Below are positions 57,420-64,000 of a DNA stretch of 64,000 nucleotides, piece after piece; position 1 is the stretch's first letter; each line of letters starts with the position of its first letter. The notes beneath the pieces are model-generated. The model was not told the DNA's origin. It saw only the letters and a program-made list of their open reading frames with translations, and ran no database searches. The position numbers were made by a program, and so were the translations under genes. The stretch comes from an uncultured Acidobacteriota bacterium (GTDB lineage: Bacteria; Acidobacteriota; Blastocatellia; RBC074), in assembly GCA_963796275.1 (NCBI GenBank), contig CAWCKY010000004.1, forward strand, positions 160,001 to 224,000, given 5' to 3'.

Positions 57420-57896
57420 GCTTAGCTTGCCTTTCCTGTCTCGCATTATCGAGGCGAGAATCAATGAAGTGAGCACACCGGCAACAATCGCGCCCATCGA
57501 TGCCTGGAGCATGTAGCTTTTCAGATTGAAGTAATTGTTCGCTTGCTCAAGCGTCGCCCTGCCCGCCCCGATAGCGTTGTCGATCATATTCCCGAAGAAA
57601 TCGGGATTTATAAAACGATAAAAAATGAATTGAAACAATGGCGCTAACAAAGAGACGACAACGCTCACACCGAGACCGCATAAGAATGCCTGGTTAAAAT
57701 TGATACGCCCTCCGAGCGCCCTGCGTTTTTCCGCGATCGCCAGGATCATCATGACGAAGGCGGGGAAGATGAAGAGAAGCGTGAGGTACGGATGCATCGA
57801 GATATACTTGTCGTGCAAGCCGACGGCGTACTCGAGCGCGAGCCACAACAACTGGACGACCGAGAAAATCAACCCCCATTTAATTTCAATCTTCAT
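57417..57896 (-). CDS. Four-TM membrane protein (DUF4199-like)
   Basis: KWGLIF start, four hydrophobic helices, FINPDFF loop; GGAGGAAGG RBS. Confidence 0.75.
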   Translation of the reverse strand: MKIEIKWGLIFSVVQLLWLALEYAVGLHDKYISMHPYLTLLFIFPAFVMMILAIAEKRRALGGRINFNQAFLCGLGVSVVVSLLAPLFQFIFYRFINPDFFGNMIDNAIGAGRATLEQANNYFNLKSYMLQASMGAIVAGVLTSLILASIMRDRKGKLS

Positions 57897-58009
57897 TTCC
57901 CTTCCTCCATGGATCTAACCGATACGGCGGACGAACGCGGATTCCTCAACGCATTCGTCGCCTGTGCCGACTCATAATCCACCTGAGCCCTTCTCGTCGC
58001 CGGCGCATG

Positions 58010-60349
58010 TCAACTTGCCGCTATACTCTGTTCCGGCGTTCCCATTTCGACGTCTCTGCGCGACTTGTTCTGGACGGGGCGCCCCTCGATAATCGGATAT
58101 GACCACTTGCGCAGCGCCGGTATGTGAATATTGATCCAGTAATCCCACCAGTCGATATAGTTCGCGTCGTATCCGAAAGCCTGATATTCCTCGGGCGGGA
58201 GCGCAGCGGAAAGCAGTTCTACATGCTTCGCCTCAAAAACGTATTCGTTGTGCAGGATGAATGGCTCATAGAGCTGTATCAACTTCTCGACTTTATCCAG
58301 ATCGCGTTCGCGCCTGACCAGCGGCGAGCGCATCATCGGCAGCGGCGCCATGATCCTCAACAAAGCCTGCACGACCTGTTTCTGTCGCGGCGCTGAGAGA
58401 TTCCGGTACCGGTCAATCGAGACCGGTATCGAATCGAATAACGCGCGCAAACGCTGATTGAAATCATCCTGCGCGCGATAATACTTCCGGTGCGCGAGCC
58501 CGGTCAGTTCGATCGTGCGGCGCATATCACACGGATTGGTCGCCGAAGTCGCCAGTTGATATAAACGTTCATGCCGCCGCTCGATCAATGCCGCCGAGAT
58601 GAGGACCATCCCGCGGCATACGAGATCGACGGGAATGATGTCGAGGCATTTCTTGCCGTTGGACGGTAACTGGCGGAAGAAAGTGCCGAGCAGATAAGAG
58701 ATGGGCGCCGATGTGTTGACGCCTTCATTCCACCCCTCGAAAGGGTCGTGCGTCGACGTCTCGACGATCGACGGGCGCACGATGGCGACCGGTAAATCTC
58801 GCCCGAGCGTTGCGATGAGCGATTCCGCCAGACTTTTGGTGAGGGTATAGGTGTTCGGCCAGCCGTACGACCGCGCCCGCGCCATTCCGGCTTCGGTCAA
58901 TTCGTTCCTCACCCACCGCTGCCGCTGTTTGCGAACCTGGGCATCTATTTCGGCTTCACCGGGCTTTTTCTTCTGATTGCTTGCCTTGCTGAGCACCTGA
59001 CGACGAAGCTGATCCGTGACCTCTTCGCTCTCCGCTCTCTCTTCGATCCGGGCAGCCAGTTCCCGCAGCGCATCGTATTCGCTGGCGGCGTCGAATCCTG
59101 CCACGTCGTTGGGAGTGTAATGAGGCACGAGCGTTTCATTGATGCGCCCATCGCGGAATCCCACGACATAACAGGTAGAAAGATGAAGCAATGACGCGTG
59201 ATCGCACCGGCGTAAAAAGTCCAGCAGGTGAAGGGTCCCGTCAATATTGATCGAGAGAGCCTCGCGCAGGTCCGGATTGAAATCCGTGAGCCCGGAGCTA
59301 TTGATGATCAGATCGAGTTTCGCCAGCAGTCGCCCCTCATCTTCTAATCCCAGACCCGGCCGGCAGATGTCGCCCTCGATGACCTCGACCTTTTCCGCGA
59401 TAAACTGCGCGAGCCCGTCACCGTACTTCTCGTGCAAAGGTTCGAAGATCGGAGACTCATCGATTATCTTGGCGAAGCGCCGTTCCGCAGTCGTGGAACG
59501 CTGGCGGCGAATGAGCAGATAGATTTTTCCGACATCGGGCAATTCTTGAAGCACTTTGGCCAGCCAGACCTTGCCGATGAACCCGGTGAATCCGATGAGC
59601 AAAATATGTTTAGATGCGAATGATCTTCGGATCGAGAGATAGGGGATTATCTGATGCGGCTCAAAAACCACGGTCGGGCTGCAAATCTGCGGCACTATGC
59701 GTCTGGCCGGGATGATCGCCCTTTTCAATGTCACTAAGCCGGGGAATCCCAGCTTGCGCGCTAACTTTCCCGGATAGATGGAGCCGTCGGGATTGGTGCC
59801 GACGATGCGCGCCAATACCTGCCTCGGCCTGATGACCGGTGAGAGCAATCTTCCGGTCGCCAATCCGTCGCGAAACTCCAGACGGTTGGCCACCAGCCAC
59901 TGGACCCCCAACTCTTGCGCGAGCGGCCGCATGACGTGTTCGAGTCCCTGACTGACCAACACGATATTCTCGCCGCGCGCTATGGCTTCCCTTAAATTTG
60001 CGAGCCCACGCGGCTTGAGTTTAGGCTTGAGAACATATTTGAAGTACTCTTCACCGAGTAGATCGAGGCGGTCCCGGCTGATGCCGCGCAACAGCGTGTG
60101 CAGCACTCGCGTCGCGAATATTCGGTCGAGGGCGAAAAGAAAAGGGCGGAATAAGGCCGATAGCGCGAGCAGCCCGCGCCTCTGCCAGCGTTCGGAAAAC
60201 CTCTGGGCGTGCCATGTGAAATAGGCGACCGGGCGCACGGCGCTTAAATTGAGTAGACTTCCCTCTACACGCCAGAAGGTCCTTTCAGGCACACGCGGAT
60301 CCTTGTAGGTCCGCAAACCAGTCAGATTATTTCTATCGACTGCGCTCAC
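58010..60349 (-). CDS. Fusion of a degenerate HAD-like domain and a fatty acyl-CoA/ACP reductase (male-sterility type)
   Basis: N-part resembles HAD-IB ([22 protein letters not shown]) but motif I reads WRVEGSL. C-part has [45 protein letters not shown]...HIPAL. GTG start. Confidence 0.85.
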   Translation of the reverse strand: MSAVDRNNLTGLRTYKDPRVPERTFWRVEGSLLNLSAVRPVAYFTWHAQRFSERWQRRGLLALSALFRPFLFALDRIFATRVLHTLLRGISRDRLDLLGEEYFKYVLKPKLKPRGLANLREAIARGENIVLVSQGLEHVMRPLAQELGVQWLVANRLEFRDGLATGRLLSPVIRPRQVLARIVGTNPDGSIYPGKLARKLGFPGLVTLKRAIIPARRIVPQICSPTVVFEPHQIIPYLSIRRSFASKHILLIGFTGFIGKVWLAKVLQELPDVGKIYLLIRRQRSTTAERRFAKIIDESPIFEPLHEKYGDGLAQFIAEKVEVIEGDICRPGLGLEDEGRLLAKLDLIINSSGLTDFNPDLREALSINIDGTLHLLDFLRRCDHASLLHLSTCYVVGFRDGRINETLVPHYTPNDVAGFDAASEYDALRELAARIEERAESEEVTDQLRRQVLSKASNQKKKPGEAEIDAQVRKQRQRWVRNELTEAGMARARSYGWPNTYTLTKSLAESLIATLGRDLPVAIVRPSIVETSTHDPFEGWNEGVNTSAPISYLLGTFFRQLPSNGKKCLDIIPVDLVCRGMVLISAALIERRHERLYQLATSATNPCDMRRTIELTGLAHRKYYRAQDDFNQRLRALFDSIPVSIDRYRNLSAPRQKQVVQALLRIMAPLPMMRSPLVRRERDLDKVEKLIQLYEPFILHNEYVFEAKHVELLSAALPPEEYQAFGYDANYIDWWDYWINIHIPALRKWSYPIIEGRPVQNKSRRDVEMGTPEQSIAAS

Positions 60350-60628
60350 AATCCAATTTTTATTGACAAACTACTTTCTCATTATTTGGCAAGATGACTA
60401 TTTTCTTCAATCCTGTGTCAGAGCCCTCGCTCTTCTATCCTGGACTGCGCATGAAACCTCAAATCCCACTACTAGTCAAATACTTTGGGCATCGCTTCAT
60501 CTGCGGATTATTACCGTACCGATCCGCCACTATCTGACCAAGACCTAGCTTTTCACATGCATAATGTAATTACAGGCAACTACAGTATTACCAATACTGC
60601 ATTATTTTTATTAGTTGAAAGTAGTTTA

Positions 60629-60657
60629 TTGACAACTGATCAAAATATCCGTAATTT
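60629..60657 (+). promoter_or_regulatory. Sigma70-type promoter
   Basis: TTGACA, 17 nt spacer, TAATTT, with an AT-rich upstream segment. Confidence 0.5.
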
Positions 60658-60680
60658 GGCGAAGCTTTCGCGGTGAAAGC

Positions 60681-60717
60681 AAAAACCCGGTCACAACTGG
60701 TTAGCTGTGACCGGGTT
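60681..60717 (-). terminator. Hairpin with terminator polarity on the minus strand
   Basis: AACCCGGTCACA-ACTGGTTAGC-TGTGACCGGGTT preceded by an A-run on + (T-run on -). Confidence 0.5.
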
Positions 60718-60848
60718 CATTTGGTCAGCATTGAGCTGATACCAATTTAGCAAATGCATGTTAGCTCATCGCTGACCTTCTGAAAAGCTCGAGGAGCGTC
60801 GCTGACTACCATAGCGGCAGCTTTCTCATAGATCGAAAAGGAGCAAAG

Positions 60849-61367
60849 ATGATGAGCCTCTCATTGAAGGTATTTCAAGCAAAACCCAATCCTCGCGGCA
60901 AGGAAGGAAAAGACAGAACGCTGAATCAAGCGATTCAACCGGAACTATTGCTGGGCGAGTGGGTAGATATCGAAAACAATGGAATCGAATTAATCACATT
61001 CTCCAAAATTCAGCTTCACCATACGCTCTTCAACGACCTCTGCCAGACTAAAGGTCAAACGGAGAAGTACTGGAGCGCCGAAGGGACCGGTTTGCTCAAA
61101 CCCGGGCAAATTCTTCGAATTCATAGCGGAAGGCATCACGACCGGAATCTGATGTCCGAGGTAGATGAAGGGGATGTGGACTGGCATGCCTATGCTGAGC
61201 GGGAAGCTTTCGTTCTGAACAACCGTTGCGGTGAGATCATCGTCCTCACCTGGCAGGACGAAGAAGGACGAGAGTATAAGGATGTGGCGTCCTACGCGCC
61301 TAATCCTCCGGAAGGCGAAATACTTTCCCGTTCGGAGAATCAACTCGTTTATCAAACCGAATCCTAG
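60849..61367 (+). CDS. Lamin-tail-domain-like hypothetical protein
   Basis: PNPRG...EWVDIEN, LKPGQILRIHSG, FVLNN..GEIIVL pattern of LTD Ig-like domains; AGGAG RBS. Confidence 0.65.
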   Translation: MMSLSLKVFQAKPNPRGKEGKDRTLNQAIQPELLLGEWVDIENNGIELITFSKIQLHHTLFNDLCQTKGQTEKYWSAEGTGLLKPGQILRIHSGRHHDRNLMSEVDEGDVDWHAYAEREAFVLNNRCGEIIVLTWQDEEGREYKDVASYAPNPPEGEILSRSENQLVYQTES

Positions 61368-61441
61368 TTTCTTCATCAGCGCAGGACAATAGCCGACGGC
61401 CACCCAAATGTCCTGCCCCCAAAAATCCTACAAAGGGTGCG

Positions 61442-62011
61442 ATGATGCATAGCTTACTAAGAGATATAGCGAAGATACGCTCCGGCCGTCTGTTTCGCGG
61501 GAAGATCGAGCCTGATCCGACCGGTCATTATCTGGTCATCCAGATCGGCGACATCGATCTAGGTAAAAAACTGGAAGTCAGCAATCTGACCAGAATCAGA
61601 TTGCCTGACATCAAACCGTCCCAATTCGTCCGAAAAGGAGATGTGCTCTTCATCTCGCGTGGGATGCGCAAGCAGGCTCTGACGATCACGGAAGAGTTGA
61701 ACAATGTCATTACCACTTCACAAATTTTCATTCTTCGACCTCACGAGGAGCTCTTGCCGGAATATCTGGCCTGGTTTCTCAATCAACTTCCGGCGCAGCG
61801 TTACCTGGAAGAACATTCATCGGGAACCAATGTCAGCCTGATCAATATGGAGGCATTCGGCAAGCTACCCGTTCGAACGCCGAAGCTTGAGATACAGCAG
61901 AAGATTGTTCAGATCTACGAGCTGGGTGTTCGGGAGAGAGAGTTGACGGAATTGATTCGACAGAAACGCAGCGTTTTAATCGAGATGAGATTACTCGCCG
62001 CGATCGAATAA
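61442..62011 (+). CDS. Type I restriction-modification specificity-subunit-like protein, single TRD (half-size HsdS)
   Basis: LRDIAKIRSG, KGDVLF, PEYLAWFLN, P.LEIQQKIV; only 189 aa. Confidence 0.8.
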   Translation: MMHSLLRDIAKIRSGRLFRGKIEPDPTGHYLVIQIGDIDLGKKLEVSNLTRIRLPDIKPSQFVRKGDVLFISRGMRKQALTITEELNNVITTSQIFILRPHEELLPEYLAWFLNQLPAQRYLEEHSSGTNVSLINMEAFGKLPVRTPKLEIQQKIVQIYELGVRERELTELIRQKRSVLIEMRLLAAIE

Positions 62012-62123
62012 AGAGGTTTAGAAGTTTGACTATAACTATTAAACGATAGCTACGGAGTAACGGAGAAAAATAGTGAAACCCGGTAATTCTCTCTGAGTCC
62101 GCGGCTATGAAAGAAAGGCTGCA

Positions 62124-63641
62124 ATGAGCGAGCGATCGATTTTTCAAGAGGACAAAATACAAGCCGATATCAATGCCATAGCCTGGAAGGCCTGCGATAC
62201 ATTTCGCGGTACCGCTGATGCGTCAGTCTATAAGAATTACATCCTGGTTTTTCTTTTCATCAAATATCTAAGCGACATCTGGAAAGACGGGCTAGAACAT
62301 TATCGCCAGGAGTACAAAGGAGACGAGGAGCGCGTGCGGCGCCGGATGAGCCGCGAGCGTTTCATTCTCCCTGAGGGCTGCGACTTCGATACTATCTATG
62401 CCAAGCGCAACGAAACCACGATCGGCGAGATCATCAACATTTCTCTGGAGAAGCTCGCGGAGGCCAACCGAGCCAAGCTGGATGGCATATTTCGCGACAT
62501 AGATTTCAATTCCGAAATGAATCTGGGGAAGACAAAAGACCGCAACGCACGCCTGAAAAAATTGATCGAAGATTTTGCCGATCCGCGCCTCGATCTGCGG
62601 CCTTCGCGTCTCGGTGCGCGCGATGTGATCGGAGGCACTTTTCAATTTCTGATAGAGCGTATCGCCAGCGATGCGGGGAAGAAGGGCGGCGAGTTCTTCA
62701 CGCCTCCGCAAGTATCATCGCTGCTTGCCAGATTGTTAAATCCGAAAAAAGGGGACCGCATCTGCGATCCGGCATGCGGTTCCGGGTCGTTACTGATCCG
62801 CCTGGCAGACGAGATTCAGGATCGCGACTATGCGATTTACGGCCAGGAGTCTGACCCCAGCACCTGGGCGATGTGCCGGATGAATATGTTTCTGCACAGC
62901 AAGGACAGCGCGCGAATCGAGTGGGGCGATACGCTCCGTAGCCCCAAGTTGATCGAGGAGGGTGCCCTCATGAAATTCGATATAATCGTCACCATTCCCC
63001 CCTTCTCGCTCGACAAGTGGGGCGCGGAGGATGTAGTTCCCGATAAGTTCAACCGGTTTCATCGCGGTATTCCACCCAGGAGCAAATCTGATTACGCGTT
63101 CATCACGCATATGATCGAGACGACTGTCCAAGATACCGGAAAAACCGGCGTGGTCGTGCCGCACGGCGTGTTGTTTCGCGGCGGCGCAGAAGTCAAAATC
63201 CGTAAACAATTGATCGAAGAGAATCTGCTTGAGGCTGTGATCGGGTTACCCGTAAATCTGTTCTACGGTACTTCCATCCCGGCAGCGATCCTGATCTTCA
63301 ATCGCGGAAAAAAGACGAGCGATGTTCTATTTATCGACGCAAGCCGTGAATATGAAGGCGCGAAGAACCAGAACAGGCTGCGTGGCCGAGATATCGATAA
63401 GATCGTAGACGCATATAAGCAGTTCGAGACAATTGAGAAGTATGCGTATAGGGCGACAGTTGAGGAGATAACTGGTAACAATTTTAATTTGAATATTCCG
63501 AGATATGTCGATATTTTTGATGCGGAAGAGCAGATGGATTTCAAGGCATTAGGGAAAGAGATCGAGCAGTTGGAAACGGAGTTAGCCGATGTAAGGAGGG
63601 AGATGCAGACATATTTAGCCGGGTTGGGATTGATTGAATAG
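62124..63641 (+). CDS. hsdM: Type I R-M modification subunit homolog with atypical motif IV (IPPF)
   Basis: WKACDTFRG, GEFFTP, DPACGSGS, PHGVLFRG, LP.NLFYGTSIP, FIDAS, NLNIPRYVD. Motif IV is encoded ATT CCC CCC TTC. Confidence 0.88.
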   Translation: MSERSIFQEDKIQADINAIAWKACDTFRGTADASVYKNYILVFLFIKYLSDIWKDGLEHYRQEYKGDEERVRRRMSRERFILPEGCDFDTIYAKRNETTIGEIINISLEKLAEANRAKLDGIFRDIDFNSEMNLGKTKDRNARLKKLIEDFADPRLDLRPSRLGARDVIGGTFQFLIERIASDAGKKGGEFFTPPQVSSLLARLLNPKKGDRICDPACGSGSLLIRLADEIQDRDYAIYGQESDPSTWAMCRMNMFLHSKDSARIEWGDTLRSPKLIEEGALMKFDIIVTIPPFSLDKWGAEDVVPDKFNRFHRGIPPRSKSDYAFITHMIETTVQDTGKTGVVVPHGVLFRGGAEVKIRKQLIEENLLEAVIGLPVNLFYGTSIPAAILIFNRGKKTSDVLFIDASREYEGAKNQNRLRGRDIDKIVDAYKQFETIEKYAYRATVEEITGNNFNLNIPRYVDIFDAEEQMDFKALGKEIEQLETELADVRREMQTYLAGLGLIE

Positions 63642-63829
63642 CCTGGCTGTAATAACTATTATTCAGAATTACAGGATTCGGGGACATCGCATTCCAGGTA
63701 ACATCGTTCCCTTCTCTATGGCTGGTTTATGGTCTTTGAAAAATAGATGCAACCACGTCATCCAGCGTAGGGGCAGACTTATGTGTCATGCGCGTCAAGA
63801 TAAGCCGTCAACTTCGTAACCTGGCCACT

Positions 63830-64000
63830 GAGCGCCAACGGCGCGCAATAAAACAACCAGGGGTGGAGCGCCTGGCGCGTAGCCCCTGGTAAATCGCAAG
63901 TGAGACGTCAAGCCCTGTAAGGGTGGGATATTCGGTCGCTCTTACCCCCCTACAACAGGGCTTGCCGATTCTTGATGATCTTCCAGGGGCTACGCTTCGC
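63830..64000. repeat. REP/REPIN-like palindromic element (runs to window edge)
   Basis: GCGCCAACGGCGC, CCAGGGG...CCCCTGG, AAGCCCTGT...ACAGGGCTT, and GCGTAGCCCCTGG pairing with CCAGGGGCTACGC. Confidence 0.6.

Noticed and set aside
63634-63819. 61-aa ORF after hsdM as an hsdS fragment
   Set aside because: No TRD or conserved HsdS motifs; likely spurious.

Overview
Bacterial window; an Acidobacteriota/Blastocatellia-like origin is inferred only from gene content and repeat style. (1) 1-31.9 kb: two tandem, paralogous minus-strand NRPS genes with starter condensation domains. The complete one (31381->5172) is a single 8-module assembly line ending in a thioesterase, broken by many single-base indels. 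Hand-read specificity codes suggest acyl-Ser-(D)Xaa-Ile-Gln-Ile-Ser-His-Pro. The second (4717->window edge) is a duplicate of its start and upstream region. (2) 32-37.5 kb: secreted hypothetical protein, secreted PTP-like phosphatase, TonB-dependent receptor, ThpR. (3) 37.7-45.8 kb, the most unusual region: a [NiFe]-hydrogenase small-subunit homolog lacking the distal cluster ligands, then two full-length large-subunit paralogs that have lost most or all Ni/Fe-binding cysteines and both stop with TAA exactly at RSFDP*. These are followed by a PAS hybrid histidine kinase whose N-terminus resembles HoxJ/HupT and which carries a Gly-X-Y repeat inside a PAS domain. This is a candidate metal-site-free pseudo-hydrogenase sensory system. 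(4) 46.7-60.3 kb: a lipid operon resembling a split and expanded Elb ether-lipid pathway. (5) 60.8-64 kb: lamin-tail-domain gene, half-size HsdS and an HsdM with IPPF in place of NPPF, plus REP-like elements. All family assignments are from motif reading and recall; no database searches were run.
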